A DNA stretch of 64,000 nucleotides, taken from positions 186,001-250,000 of the forward strand of contig NZ_BAABFP010000005.1 in the NCBI RefSeq assembly GCF_039541115.1. The letters run 5' to 3'. The translations under genes and the position numbers were made by a program. This DNA comes from Angustibacter luteus (lineage in GTDB: Bacteria; Actinomycetota; Actinomycetes; Actinomycetales; Angustibacteraceae). Of this stretch, positions 30,368 through 40,810 are shown piece after piece. The stretch's first letter is position 1; the number at the start of each line of letters is the position of its first letter. The notes under the pieces were generated by a model, which ran no database searches, was not told where the DNA came from, and was given only the letters and a program-made list of their open reading frames with translations.

Positions 30368-31500
30368 GCGCCGCGACGAACGACTCGCTCGACCCGTACG
30401 ACTCCGTCCTGCTGCTCTCGTTCGGGGGGCCGGAGGGGCCGGACGACGTCCTGCCGTTCCTGCGCAACGTGACCGCTGGGCGGGGGATCCCCGACGACCG
30501 GCTGGCCGAGGTCGCCGAGCACTACGCGCTCTTCGACGGGCGCAGCCCCATCAACGACCAGAACCGAGCGCTGCTGGCCGCGCTGCGCACGGAGCTGGAC
30601 GGCCGTGGCCTGGACCAGCCGCTGCTGTGGGGCAACCGCAACTGGGCGCCGTACGTCACGGACGCGCTGCGGGAGGCGCACGACGCCGGGCACCGCCGCG
30701 TCCTGGTGGTGACGACGAGCGCCTACTCGTCGTACTCCAGCTGCCGGCAGTACCGCGAGGACCTGGCCGGTGCGGTCCTCACCCTGGCCGCCGAGGGACG
30801 TGGGCTGGACGTCGCCAAGGTGCGGCCGTACTTCAACCACCCGGGTTTCGTCGAGCCGAACGCCGAGGCGGCGCTGCAGGCGCTGGCGCAGCTGCCCGCC
30901 GGTGCCCACCTGGTGTTCGTCACCCACTCCGTGCCGGACGTGATGGACGAGGCCAGTGGCCCCGGCGGCGACCTCAGCCCGGCCTACTCCGAGCAGCACC
31001 GAGATGTCGCAGCCGTCGTCGCGGACGCCGTCGGGCGCGAGCTCGGCCACGCCGTCCCGTGGGAGCTGGTCTACTGCTCGCGGTCAGGACCGCCGTCCCA
31101 GCCCTGGCTCGAACCGGACGTCGGCGACCACCTGCGGGCGTTGCAGGCGGCCGGGGTCCCGGGGGCGGCGGTCTGCCCGATCGGGTTCGTCAGCGACCAC
31201 CTCGAGGTGGTGTACGACCTCGACACCGAAGCGCGAGAGGTCGCCGACGAGATCGGCCTGCCGTTCGCTCGCGCGGCGACCGTCGGCACGGATCGCCGGT
31301 TCGTCACCGGGCTGGTCGACCTCCTGGTCGAGCGCGCCGCGCAGGCCCGCGGTGGGGAGCCGGAGCGTCCGTCCCTCGGGTCGCGCGGCCCGACGCCGTC
31401 CACCTGTCCGGTGGGCTGCTGCCAGAACCTGCGCGCGTCACGGCCGGCGGCCTGCGGCGAGGACTGGACGTCGCCGCTGGTCGCCGGGGGTGCCCGGTGA
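30364..31500 (+). CDS. hemH: Ferrochelatase (coproporphyrin ferrochelatase)
   Basis: [48 protein letters not shown]. Confidence 0.93.
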   Translation: MSAATNDSLDPYDSVLLLSFGGPEGPDDVLPFLRNVTAGRGIPDDRLAEVAEHYALFDGRSPINDQNRALLAALRTELDGRGLDQPLLWGNRNWAPYVTDALREAHDAGHRRVLVVTTSAYSSYSSCRQYREDLAGAVLTLAAEGRGLDVAKVRPYFNHPGFVEPNAEAALQALAQLPAGAHLVFVTHSVPDVMDEASGPGGDLSPAYSEQHRDVAAVVADAVGRELGHAVPWELVYCSRSGPPSQPWLEPDVGDHLRALQAAGVPGAAVCPIGFVSDHLEVVYDLDTEAREVADEIGLPFARAATVGTDRRFVTGLVDLLVERAAQARGGEPERPSLGSRGPTPSTCPVGCCQNLRASRPAACGEDWTSPLVAGGAR

Positions 31501-32342
31501 ACGCGCCGGCGACGCGGGACCCGGCGGAGCTGCTCGCGCTGCTCGCCCTGGCCGAGAGCGCCGCCCGGGAGGCGGGCGTGCTGATCCGCGACGAGCGCCC
31601 GGCGGACCTGGGCGTGGCGCTCACCAAGTCCAGCCCGACCGACGTCGTCACGGTCATGGACCAGCGCAGCGAGCAGCTGCTGCGCCGCCTGCTGCTGGAG
31701 GCCCGGCCGGACGACAGCCTGCTCGGCGAGGAGGGGGACGACGTCGTCGGCACCTCGGGCATCACCTGGGTGGTCGACCCGATCGACGGCACGGTCAACT
31801 ACCTGTACGGCATCCCGGCGTACGCCGTCAGCATCGCCGCCGTGACCGGTGACCCGCGCGACCCGGCCGGCCACCAGGTGCTCGCCGGGTGCGTGCACAA
31901 CCCCGCGGCGGGGGAGACGTACACCGCCACCCTCGGCGGCGGCGCCCACCTGGACGGACGGCGCCTGCAGGTCAACGACGTCGACGACCTGGGGCAGGTG
32001 CTGCTGGCCACCGGCTTCGGCTACGACTCCGGCCGACGGCGCAAGCAGGCCCAGGTGATCGCGGCGCTGCTGCCCCAGGTGCGCGACATCCGCCGGATCG
32101 GCAGCGGCGCGCTGGACCTGTGCCAGGTGGCCTGCGGGCGGGTCGACGCCTACCTCGAGCGAGGGCTGCAGCCCTGGGACGTCGCCGCCGGCGGGCTGGT
32201 CGCCCGCGAGGCCGGCGCGCTGGTCACCGGACTGGGAAACGCGCCAGCGGGGGAGTCCCTCGTGCTCGCGGCCGGACCCGTGGTGCATGCTGCACTCCAG
32301 CACCTGGTGGGCCCTTTGCGACCGGACACGGACGCAGTGTGA
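31497..32342 (+). CDS. suhB: Inositol monophosphatase family protein
   Basis: [32 protein letters not shown]. Confidence 0.9.
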   Translation: MNAPATRDPAELLALLALAESAAREAGVLIRDERPADLGVALTKSSPTDVVTVMDQRSEQLLRRLLLEARPDDSLLGEEGDDVVGTSGITWVVDPIDGTVNYLYGIPAYAVSIAAVTGDPRDPAGHQVLAGCVHNPAAGETYTATLGGGAHLDGRRLQVNDVDDLGQVLLATGFGYDSGRRRKQAQVIAALLPQVRDIRRIGSGALDLCQVACGRVDAYLERGLQPWDVAAGGLVAREAGALVTGLGNAPAGESLVLAAGPVVHAALQHLVGPLRPDTDAV

Positions 32343-32481
32343 CCGCACTGGTCCGGATGAGGCACAATCCCTGTCCTGGCCGGGCACAAAACCGAGCGCG
32401 AGCGCGTTACCACGCGGCGAGCTGCATGAGCCAAGATCAGCAAGATCATCACAGCGATACCCCGCGGAGGGCGACCCACTC

Positions 32482-32778
32482 ATGGCGACCGACTACGACG
32501 CGCCACGCAAGACCGACGACGACCTGAACGAAGACAGCATCGAGGAGCTCAAGGCACGACGGGTCGACAAGAGCTCGTCCTCGGTGGACGTGGACGAGAC
32601 CGAGCAGGCCGAGGGCTACGAGCTGCCCGGCGCGGACCTGTCCAACGAGGAGCTCTCCGTCCGGGTGCTTCCCCGCCAGGCCGACGAGTTCACCTGCTCA
32701 CGATGCTTCCTGGTCAAGCACCGCAGCCAGCTGTTCGGCGAGACCGCCGGTCAGCCGGTGTGCCGCGAGTGCGCCTGA
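32482..32778 (+). CDS. DUF4193 family protein
   Basis: MATDYDAPRK, ELPGADLSNEEL, EFTCSRCFLV...VCREC. GGAGG RBS. Confidence 0.92.
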   Translation: MATDYDAPRKTDDDLNEDSIEELKARRVDKSSSSVDVDETEQAEGYELPGADLSNEELSVRVLPRQADEFTCSRCFLVKHRSQLFGETAGQPVCRECA

Positions 32779-33275
32779 CCTGAGCCGTCGGACGGCTCGT
32801 CGCCTGCTCCACCGGCCCCAGCGGCCCGGAGCGCGGCGACGAGCCGTTCCGGTTTGCGCGAGGAGATGAGCCAGTACGGCACCGGGTCGGCCGGGTCGAC
32901 GATCTCGACGACGACACCTTCCCGGATCCAGGGACGCTGGCAGAGGTAGGCCCGGGCGTCCGCCTGCGGGCCGCGCAGCGCCGTCATCCGCGCTGCCGGG
33001 ACCACGGCGACCCGTCCCAGGAAGTGCGTCTCGATCCGGGCCCGACCGGCCCGCAGCTCGCCCTGGTGCACCTGCACGCGGGCGCTGGACCGCAGCAGGG
33101 CGGCGGCGGCGGCGACCACCGCGACGCCCGCGACGACCCCGGCGCCGGCCGGCCCCAGGGGCCGCAGGGCGACCAGTCCGAAGCAGGCCGCCACGGCCAG
33201 GACGACGACCCACACGGGCAGCGAGGGCAGCAGGGTCTCGTGGTACTCGGGTTGCGGGGCGCCGGCATCGCTCAC
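32751..33275 (-). CDS. DUF3093 family membrane protein
   Basis: Two TM helices, [28 protein letters not shown]. Confidence 0.88.
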   Translation of the reverse strand: MSDAGAPQPEYHETLLPSLPVWVVVLAVAACFGLVALRPLGPAGAGVVAGVAVVAAAAALLRSSARVQVHQGELRAGRARIETHFLGRVAVVPAARMTALRGPQADARAYLCQRPWIREGVVVEIVDPADPVPYWLISSRKPERLVAALRAAGAGGAGDEPSDGSGQAHSRHTG

Positions 33276-33328
33276 CGGACCAGGGTGGCACGCGAACCCA
33301 CCGACCCGAGGGACTAGGGTCGCTGCCG

Positions 33329-33862
33329 ATGAGCGCGCAAGAGCAGGACGCCCAGGCGCCGACCGTCCAGGTGCTGCTTCAGCAGCTGGACGACGAGCTG
33401 CCGACGCCGACGTACGCCCACCTCGGCGACGCCGGCGCGGACCTGCTGACCCGGGTCGACGTGACCCTCGGGCCAGGGGAGCGCGCGACCGTCCCCACGG
33501 GCGTCGCGATCGCCCTGCCGCTCGGTTACGCCGCGTTCGTGCACCCGCGCTCGGGGCTGGCCGCGCGCCACGGCGTCACCACGCTCAACGCACCAGGGAC
33601 GGTGGACGCCGGGTACCGCGGTGAGATCCATGTCAACCTGGTGAACACCGACCGCGCCACCGCCGTCACCTTGCACCGGGGCGACCGGGTGGCCCAGCTG
33701 GTCGTCCAGCGGGTCGAGCGGGCCGACTTCGTCGTGGTGGCGGGGTTGCCGGACTCGGCTCGCGGCGCCGGCGGCCACGGATCGACCGGCGGCTTCGCCG
33801 GAGCGGCACCAGCACCGGGCACCAACATCGGGGCGGGAGCCTCGGAGGGAGACATCTCGTGA
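33329..33862 (+). CDS. dut: dUTP diphosphatase
   Basis: [33 protein letters not shown]. Confidence 0.96.
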   Translation: MSAQEQDAQAPTVQVLLQQLDDELPTPTYAHLGDAGADLLTRVDVTLGPGERATVPTGVAIALPLGYAAFVHPRSGLAARHGVTTLNAPGTVDAGYRGEIHVNLVNTDRATAVTLHRGDRVAQLVVQRVERADFVVVAGLPDSARGAGGHGSTGGFAGAAPAPGTNIGAGASEGDIS

Positions 33863-34710
33863 GCCTGTTCAAGCGTCGCAAGGACGCCGACCCGGACGTC
33901 GACACCGCTCGTGACGTGGACGTCGACAGTGACGTCGACAGTGACGTCGACACCCCGGCGGACGCCGATCTCGCCGAGGGCGGACCGGCCTCGGACGTGA
34001 CCCCGGACCGGGCGGCCACGTTCGACCGCTCCGGCGGCCCGCTGGACCGCTCGGAGGTCGAGGACGCCGAGGGCCGGCTCGAGCTGGGCTCGCTGTGGCT
34101 GCCGATGCTCGAGGGCATCGAGCTCCAGCTGCAGATGGAGGAGGCCACCGGGCAGGTGACCGGCGCGTTCGTCGTGCTGGAGGACGCCGCCGTGCAGATC
34201 CAGGCGTTCGCGGCGCCGCGCAGCGAGGGCATCTGGTCCGAGGTCTGCGCCGAGATCGCCGCCGGCATCACCGAGCAGGGCGGCACCGCCGACCCCGGCT
34301 ACGGGCGGTTCGGCCGTGAGCTGCTCGCTCGGGTTCCGGCGACGCAGCCGGACGGCAAGGTCGGTTTCCAGCCCCTGCGGTTCACCGGGGTGGACGGGCC
34401 GCGCTGGCTGCTGCGCGCCGTGTTCCACGGCCGCGCCGCCATCGAGCCGCAGGCCGAGGTGACGGCGGCGCTCGAGGCCCTGGTGGCTGGCGTCGTGGTG
34501 GACCGCGGCGTCGAGCCGATGGGCCCGCGCGAGCTGCTGCCCCTGCGCCTGCCCACGGGCGACGACGTCGAGGGCGGCCCGGCGGACGGGGAGCCCGAGG
34601 ACGGCTCGCAGGCCCCGGCGCAGGAGTCGATCGCCGCCAACGAGCCGCCGAAGAGCTACGACGACCTGGCCCCGTTCCGGCGTGGGCCGGAGATCACCGA
34701 GCGCCGCTGA
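33859..34710 (+). CDS. DUF3710 family protein
   Basis: [26 protein letters not shown]. Follows dut. Confidence 0.88.
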   Translation: MSLFKRRKDADPDVDTARDVDVDSDVDSDVDTPADADLAEGGPASDVTPDRAATFDRSGGPLDRSEVEDAEGRLELGSLWLPMLEGIELQLQMEEATGQVTGAFVVLEDAAVQIQAFAAPRSEGIWSEVCAEIAAGITEQGGTADPGYGRFGRELLARVPATQPDGKVGFQPLRFTGVDGPRWLLRAVFHGRAAIEPQAEVTAALEALVAGVVVDRGVEPMGPRELLPLRLPTGDDVEGGPADGEPEDGSQAPAQESIAANEPPKSYDDLAPFRRGPEITERR

Positions 34711-34755
34711 GCCGGCGGGCATACGGCGGCCCCGCGCGCGGTTACCCTTGGTGTC

Positions 34756-35136
34756 ATGGGTGAGACTCGCGGTCGGCTGCGTTCGGCGTTGCACCGGCTG
34801 TCCAGCTCGGACCAGATGCTCGAGGCCGAGGACCTTCGCGAGGTCTCGGACCGCTTCGGCGGTACCCCCGTCGACGAGCTCCCGGACCGTCAGCTGGCGT
34901 GTGTCTGCGGCACGCTGCGCTCGGTGACCCTGAGGCCGCGGGCCGGCGTCCCGGCGCTGGTCGCCGAGCTGTACGACGGGTCCGGCACCGTGGACGTCGT
35001 CTGGCTGGGGCGACGGCAGATCGCTGGGATCCAGGCCGGCAGCCGGATCCGGGTGCGGGGGCGGATCGCTCGCCGCGACGGTGCTCGCGTGCTGTTCAAC
35101 CCGAGCTACGAGCTGCTCCCCGGCGGCTCTGAGTGA
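34756..35136 (+). CDS. OB-fold nucleic acid-binding protein
   Basis: AELYDGSG, WLGRRQIAGI, FNPSYEL. Confidence 0.88.
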   Translation: MGETRGRLRSALHRLSSSDQMLEAEDLREVSDRFGGTPVDELPDRQLACVCGTLRSVTLRPRAGVPALVAELYDGSGTVDVVWLGRRQIAGIQAGSRIRVRGRIARRDGARVLFNPSYELLPGGSE

Positions 35137-35175
35137 GCCCCAGCGAGCCGCGAGTGAGCCCCCGGTGAGTGCCGC

Positions 35176-35904
35176 GTGAGCCTGGTCCTCGGGCACGTCC
35201 CGGAGGGTGCCACCACCGTGGAGGAGGTCGTCCGGCACCGGCTCGTGGAAGGGGTCGGCGGCCTGCGCGGCTCGGTCGAGGCCGCGCTGCCGACGGTCGC
35301 GTTCGTGGTGGTCTGGACCACGTCCAAGAACCTGACGGCCGCCCTGGTGGCCAGCGCGGGGATCGTCCTGGTCACCCTCGCCGTCCGGCTGGTCCAGCGA
35401 CAGACCCCGCGCTACGCGCTGAGCAGCCTGTTCGCGGTGGGCATTGCGGCGTTCTTCGCGTTGCGCACCGGGCGGGCCCAGGACGCGTTCCTGCCGGGCA
35501 TCCTGTACAGCTGCGCGCTGCTCGCCGTGAGCCTGCTGTCCGTCGTGACCCGGTGGCCGATGGTCGGGTTCATCGTGGGCGCGGCGCACCCCGAGGATCC
35601 GCTGGCCTGGCGCGGTCACCCCGGCATCGTGCGGCTCTGCCAGCGTCTGACGCTGGTGCTGTCCGCGATGTACGCGATCCGGGTCGCCGTCATGCTGCCG
35701 ACGTACTTCGCGGACCGGGTCGGCTGGCTCGGGGTGGAGAAGATCGTCCTCGGCTGGCCGCTGTACCTGCTGGCGGTGGCGACGATGGGCGCCGTCCTGC
35801 TGCGCGGCCGCACCCCGCTCGACCCTGAGGACCTGCCCACGGACCTGCCGACGGACCTGCCGACGGACGGTGCGCGGCCGAGCGGTTCGACAGATCCGGC
35901 CTGA
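35176..35904 (+). CDS. DUF3159 family membrane protein
   Basis: GGLRGSVE, FLPGI, RWPMVG, LGWPL. Multi-TM. Confidence 0.85.
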   Translation: MSLVLGHVPEGATTVEEVVRHRLVEGVGGLRGSVEAALPTVAFVVVWTTSKNLTAALVASAGIVLVTLAVRLVQRQTPRYALSSLFAVGIAAFFALRTGRAQDAFLPGILYSCALLAVSLLSVVTRWPMVGFIVGAAHPEDPLAWRGHPGIVRLCQRLTLVLSAMYAIRVAVMLPTYFADRVGWLGVEKIVLGWPLYLLAVATMGAVLLRGRTPLDPEDLPTDLPTDLPTDGARPSGSTDPA

Positions 35905-35906
35905 GG

Positions 35907-36593
35907 TCAGTCGCCCACGTTGTGGTGCTCGGCGTGCCCGGGCGAGAGCATCTGCTCGAGCGCACCCTCGCTCTCCGGCACCGTCAGGAAGAGCAACTCG
36001 TCGCCGCCCTCGAGCGCGTCGTCCCGGCTCGGGGCGATCGGCCGGTCCTCGCGGATGATGCCGACCAGGACGCTGTCCGGCGGCCAGCTGAGCTCGCCCA
36101 CCGTCGTCCCGGCGTAGGGGGAGTCGTCGGGCAGCGTCATCTCGACCATCGTCGCCCGGCCCTGCTGGAACTGGAAGATCCGCACCAGGTCGCCGACGCT
36201 CACGGCCTCCTCGACCAGGGCCGTCATCAGCCGCGGCGTCGACACGGCGACGTCCACGCCCCAGGCCTCGTCGAACATCCACTCGTTCTTGGGGTTGTTC
36301 ACCCGGGCGACCGTGCGCGGCACGCCGAACTCCGTCTTGGCGATCAGGGAGACGACGAGGTTCGCCTTGTCGTCGCCGGTGGCCGCGACGACCACGTCGC
36401 AGCTCTCCAGCCCGGCCTCGCGCAGCGCGCTGATCTCGCAGGCGTCCGCGAGCAGCCACTCGGCGTCCGGGACGCGCTGGGTCTGCACGGCCCGCGGTTC
36501 CTTGTCGACCAGCAGCACCTGGTGGCCGTTGCCCAGCAGCTCGCGGGCGATCGAGCGGCCGACGCTGCCGGCGCCCGTGATGACGACGCGCAT
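35907..36593 (-). CDS. trkA: TrkA family potassium uptake regulatory (RCK) protein, CeoC-like
   Basis: GAGSVG, ADACE, ATGDDKANL, ARVNNPKNEW. Confidence 0.92.
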   Translation of the reverse strand: MRVVITGAGSVGRSIARELLGNGHQVLLVDKEPRAVQTQRVPDAEWLLADACEISALREAGLESCDVVVAATGDDKANLVVSLIAKTEFGVPRTVARVNNPKNEWMFDEAWGVDVAVSTPRLMTALVEEAVSVGDLVRIFQFQQGRATMVEMTLPDDSPYAGTTVGELSWPPDSVLVGIIREDRPIAPSRDDALEGGDELLFLTVPESEGALEQMLSPGHAEHHNVGD

Positions 36594-36601
36594 GGTGCCT
36601 C

Positions 36602-37264
36602 TCAGTCCGTCGCGGGGGGTGAGTCGAGGGCGGAGGAGACCTCGGGCAGGTCGGCCTCGACCACGGCCACGTGCAGCAGGTCGCCGTCCTGGAAGATCGT
36701 GTCGCCGGTCGGCACCAGCGCGTCGCCCAGCCGGCTCACGTAGGCGATGCGGAACCGCCCGACCGCGGCCATCTCGTCGACCCGGCGGCCGACCCAGCCG
36801 CGGTGCACGGGCACCTCGGCGAGCACGACCTTGCCGCTGGGGTCGCGGAACAGCGGCGCCGCGCCGACCGGGAGCAGCCGACGCAGCATCTGGTCCGACG
36901 TCCAGCGGACCGTCGCGACGGTGGGAATGCCGAGGCGCTGGTAGATCTCGGCGCGGCCCGGGTCGTAGATGCGAGCGACGACGTTCTCGACGCCGAAGGT
37001 CTCCCGGGCGACGCGCGCGGCGAGGATGTTCGAGTTGTCGCCGCTGCTGACGGCGGCGAAGGCGTAGGCCTGCTCGATACCGGCCTCGCGCAGCGTGTCG
37101 CGGTCGAAGCCGACCCCCGTCACCCGGCGTCCCTCGAACGAGGCGCCGAGCCGCCGGAACGCGGTCTCCTCCTGGTCGACCACCGCCACGTCGTGACCCG
37201 ATGCCTCCAGGCTGTGGGCGAGCGTCGAGCCCACCCGGCCGCAGCCCATGATGACGAAGTGCAC
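36602..37264 (-). CDS. trkA: TrkA family potassium uptake regulatory (RCK) protein, CeoB-like
   Basis: MGCGRVG, SSGDNSN, ARIYDPGRA. Confidence 0.92.
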   Translation of the reverse strand: MHFVIMGCGRVGSTLAHSLEASGHDVAVVDQEETAFRRLGASFEGRRVTGVGFDRDTLREAGIEQAYAFAAVSSGDNSNILAARVARETFGVENVVARIYDPGRAEIYQRLGIPTVATVRWTSDQMLRRLLPVGAAPLFRDPSGKVVLAEVPVHRGWVGRRVDEMAAVGRFRIAYVSRLGDALVPTGDTIFQDGDLLHVAVVEADLPEVSSALDSPPATD

Positions 37265-37377
37265 GCCACGCCTCTCTCGCCTCGATCACGGTCATCGTGG
37301 CCGTCAGGGCGGCGCGAACACCCCCTGGACGACCGCACCGCACGCTACACGCCCGGCAGGCCCTAGCATCAAGGACC

Positions 37378-39450
37378 GTGCCTGTCGCCGGTCGGATCCT
37401 GAAGCGTCTTGTCGTCGGTCGCCCCCTGGGCAGCGACCGACTGGGGGAGACGCTGCTGCCGAAGCGCATCGCCCTGCCGGTGTTCGCGAGCGACGCGCTG
37501 TCGTCCGTCGCCTACGCCCCGGACGAGATCTTCCTGACCCTGTCGCTGGCCGGCATCGGGGCCTACGCGTTCAGCTGGAAGGTCGGGCTGGCCGTCGCGG
37601 TGGTCATGCTCGTCGTGGTCGCCAGCTACCGGCAGAACGTGCACGCCTACCCCTCCGGTGGCGGCGACTACGAGGTGGCCACGACGAACCTCGGCGCGAC
37701 GGCCGGCCTGACCGTCGCCAGCGCCCTGCTGGTCGACTACGTGCTCACCGTCGCGGTGTCGATCTCGTCGGCGTCGCAGTACGCGGCCTCCGCGATCCCG
37801 GCGCTCAAGGGGCACGAGGCGGTGGCCGCCGTCATCGCCGTGGCCGTGCTGACCGCGATGAACCTGCGCGGGGTCCGCGAGTCCGGCTCGGCCTTCGCCA
37901 TCCCGACCTACATCTTCATGGCCGCGATCATCGGCATGAGCCTGTGGGGCTTCGTGCGGTTCGCGTTCGGCGACCTGCCCAACGTCGAGAGCGCACAGTT
38001 CACGGTCCAGCCGCAGTCCGCCTACGAGGGCGGCCTGGCCACCCTGGCCGGCTTCTTCCTCATCCTGCGCGCGTTCTCCTCCGGCTGCGCGGCCCTGACC
38101 GGCGTCGAGGCGATCAGCAACGGCGTGCCCGCCTTCCAGAAGCCGAAGAGCCGCAACGCCGCGACCACGCTGGCCTGGCTCGGCGCGATCGCCGTCACCA
38201 TGCTGCTGTCGATCCTGGCGCTCGCGCACTTCACCCACCTGGTCTTCGTCGACCCCAACGACACGGGCGAGCTGCTGCTCAACGGCCAGTCCGGTGTGGT
38301 CGGCCCGGACGGCACCGTCCTGTTCCCCGGCGGCGAGAGCTACTCGCAGGACCCGGTGATCGGCCAGCTCGCCAAGGCGATCTTCGACCACTTCTCACCG
38401 GCGTTCTACCTCGTGGCGGCCGCGACCGGCGTGATCCTGGTGCTCGCGGCGAATACGGCCTTCAACGGCTTCCCCGTCCTCGGCTCGATCCTCGGGCGGG
38501 ACGGCTACCTGCCCCGCCAGCTGCACACCCGCGGCGACCGGCTGGCCTTCAGCAACGGCATCATCACGCTGGCCCTGATGGCGAGCATCCTGATCGTCGC
38601 CTTCGACGCGCAGGTGACCCGGCTGATCCAGCTGTACATCGTCGGGGTCTTCGTGTCCTTCACGACCAGCCAGTTCGGCATGATCCGGCACTGGAACCGG
38701 TTGCTGCGCACGGCCTCCGGCGCCGAGGCCAGACGCATGCAGCGGGCCCGGGTGATCAACGGCCTCGGTGCCGGCATCTGCGGGCTCGTGCTGGTCGTCG
38801 TCCTGCTGACCAAGTTCGTCAAGGGCGCCTGGATCGCGATCGCGGCCATGGTGGTGCTCTTCCTGCTGATGCGGGCGATCAAGAAGCACTACACGGCGGT
38901 GGCGGCCGAGCTCGCCCCGGACGACGACAGCACGGACGTCGTCCTGCCGTCCCGGGTGCACGCGCTCGTGCTGGTGTCCAAGATCCACCGGCCGACGCTG
39001 CGCGCCCTGGCCTACGCGCGGGCCACCCGCCCGTCCTACCTGGAGGGCATCAGCGTCAACGTGGACCCGGAGGACACTGCTGCGCTGCAGGCCGAGTGGG
39101 ACCGCCGCGGCATCCCGGTGCCGCTCAAGTCGCTGGACTCGCCGTACCGCGAGATCACCCGGCCCGTCATCGACTACGTGCGCTCGATCCGCCGGGACAG
39201 CCCGCGCGACGTCGTCATGGTCTACATCCCGGAGTACGTCGTCGGGCACTGGTGGGAGCAGCTGCTGCACAACCAGAGCGCGCTGCGGCTCAAGGCCCGG
39301 CTGCTGTTCATGCAGGGCGTGATGGTGGCCAGCGTGCCGTGGCAGCTGCAGTCCTCGGAGGGCTTCGAGGAGAAGCTGGAGGGCCGCATGGGCGGTCCGG
39401 CGCCGGGAGCCGTCCGGCGTGGCCCGAAGCCGCCGGGGGGCACCTCCTGA
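37378..39450 (+). CDS. APC family permease (KimA/YdaO-like potassium transporter)
   Basis: FASDALSSVAYA, YPSGGGDY, NLRGVRESG, TGVEAISNGVP, SPYRE, LLHNQSAL. Divergent from the trkA pair. Confidence 0.9.
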   Translation: MPVAGRILKRLVVGRPLGSDRLGETLLPKRIALPVFASDALSSVAYAPDEIFLTLSLAGIGAYAFSWKVGLAVAVVMLVVVASYRQNVHAYPSGGGDYEVATTNLGATAGLTVASALLVDYVLTVAVSISSASQYAASAIPALKGHEAVAAVIAVAVLTAMNLRGVRESGSAFAIPTYIFMAAIIGMSLWGFVRFAFGDLPNVESAQFTVQPQSAYEGGLATLAGFFLILRAFSSGCAALTGVEAISNGVPAFQKPKSRNAATTLAWLGAIAVTMLLSILALAHFTHLVFVDPNDTGELLLNGQSGVVGPDGTVLFPGGESYSQDPVIGQLAKAIFDHFSPAFYLVAAATGVILVLAANTAFNGFPVLGSILGRDGYLPRQLHTRGDRLAFSNGIITLALMASILIVAFDAQVTRLIQLYIVGVFVSFTTSQFGMIRHWNRLLRTASGAEARRMQRARVINGLGAGICGLVLVVVLLTKFVKGAWIAIAAMVVLFLLMRAIKKHYTAVAAELAPDDDSTDVVLPSRVHALVLVSKIHRPTLRALAYARATRPSYLEGISVNVDPEDTAALQAEWDRRGIPVPLKSLDSPYREITRPVIDYVRSIRRDSPRDVVMVYIPEYVVGHWWEQLLHNQSALRLKARLLFMQGVMVASVPWQLQSSEGFEEKLEGRMGGPAPGAVRRGPKPPGGTS

Positions 39451-40766
39451 GCGGCGAGCAGGACGCCCTGGTCGGCAGCGTCGTCGAGGTGGACGTCGGG
39501 GCCGTGGCGCACGGCGGGCACTGCGTCGCGCGGCACGAGGGACGGGTGGTCTTCGTCCGGCACGCGCTGCCCGGCGAGCGGGTGCGGGTGCAGATCACCG
39601 AGGGTGCGGCCACCGACCGGTTCCTGCGCGGCGACGCCGTCGAGGTGCTCGAGGCCTCGCCGGACCGGGTGCCGTCCCGCTGCCCGGTCAGCGGGCCTGG
39701 GGGCTGCGGCGGCTGCGACTGGCAGCACGTGACGCTGGAGCGCCAGCGCGAGCTGAAGGCCGATGTGGTGCGCGAGCAGCTGCACCGGCTGGCCGGGCTG
39801 GACTCGCCACTGGTCGACGGGCTGACCGTCGAGCCCGTGCCGGGCGATGACGACGGGCTCGCCTGGCGCACCCGGGTGCAGCACACGATCAGCCCGCGCG
39901 GCCGGCTCGGGCTGCGCGAGCACCGCTCGCACCAGGTGGTCGAGATCGAGAGCTGCCCGATCGCGGTCGGCCGGGTGCAGGCCATCGAGCTGTCCTCGCC
40001 GCAGTGGGTGGGCGCCTCGCGGGTCGAGGTGGTCGCGCCGTCCGGTGGTGACAAGCCGTTGGTGCTGGTCGGCCCGGTGGGGCACCGGCGTCCGGTGCTG
40101 CCGCCCGCCAGCGCGTTGGACGCCTCGCTCGCGGTCAGCACGCCGGGCGGTCTGGAGCGGGTGCGGGGCCGGACGTGGGTCCGCGAGCAGGTCGAGGTCG
40201 GCGACTGGTCCGCGACGATGCGGGTCAGCGGGTCCGGCTTCTGGCAGGTGCACCCGGGCGCCCCGGCGGCCCTGGTCGGTGCGGTGCTGGAGATGCTGGA
40301 GCCGGCGCCGGGGGAGCAGGCCCTGGACCTGTTCGCGGGCGTCGGGCTGTTCGCCGCCGCGCTGGCCGAGCGGCTCGGCCCGGAGGGCGCGGTGCTGGCC
40401 GTGGAGGGCGATCCGCACGCCGTCCGGGACGCGCGCCGCAACCTGCACGAGCTGACCCAGGTCGGCATCACCGCCGGCCGGGTCGACCAGGTGCTGGCCA
40501 CGGTGCTGGAGAGCGGGATGACCGCGGACCTCGTGGTGCTCGACCCGCCGCGCGACGGCGCGGGGCGGCGGGTGGTCGAGCAGGTGGTCGCGGTCCGGCC
40601 GCGAGCCGTCGCGTACGTCGCCTGCGACCCGGCCGCGCTGGCCCGGGACGTCAAGACGTTCGCCGAGCACGGCTACCAGCTGGACGCCCTGCGGGCCTTC
40701 GACTGCTTCCCGATGACGCACCACATCGAGTGCGTCGCCCGCCTCGTGCCCGCGCCGCAGTCGTAG
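39447..40766 (+). CDS. TRAM-domain RNA (uracil-5-)-methyltransferase (RlmD/TrmA family)
   Basis: AHGGHCVAR, CGGCDWQH, FWQVH, LDLFAGVG, LDPPRDG, YVACDP, FPMTHHIEC. Start uncertain (CTG 39447 or GTG 39489). Confidence 0.88.
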   Translation: MSGEQDALVGSVVEVDVGAVAHGGHCVARHEGRVVFVRHALPGERVRVQITEGAATDRFLRGDAVEVLEASPDRVPSRCPVSGPGGCGGCDWQHVTLERQRELKADVVREQLHRLAGLDSPLVDGLTVEPVPGDDDGLAWRTRVQHTISPRGRLGLREHRSHQVVEIESCPIAVGRVQAIELSSPQWVGASRVEVVAPSGGDKPLVLVGPVGHRRPVLPPASALDASLAVSTPGGLERVRGRTWVREQVEVGDWSATMRVSGSGFWQVHPGAPAALVGAVLEMLEPAPGEQALDLFAGVGLFAAALAERLGPEGAVLAVEGDPHAVRDARRNLHELTQVGITAGRVDQVLATVLESGMTADLVVLDPPRDGAGRRVVEQVVAVRPRAVAYVACDPAALARDVKTFAEHGYQLDALRAFDCFPMTHHIECVARLVPAPQS

Positions 40767-40810
40767 GGCCCGCGGTGGCCGGGGACCGGCGTCCGCGAGA
40801 GGATCGACGG

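Noticed and set aside
37248..40766. 1172-aa ORF suggesting a giant methyltransferase fusion
   Set aside because: The first ~730 codons are an alternative frame over the APC permease. Only 39447 onward is methyltransferase.
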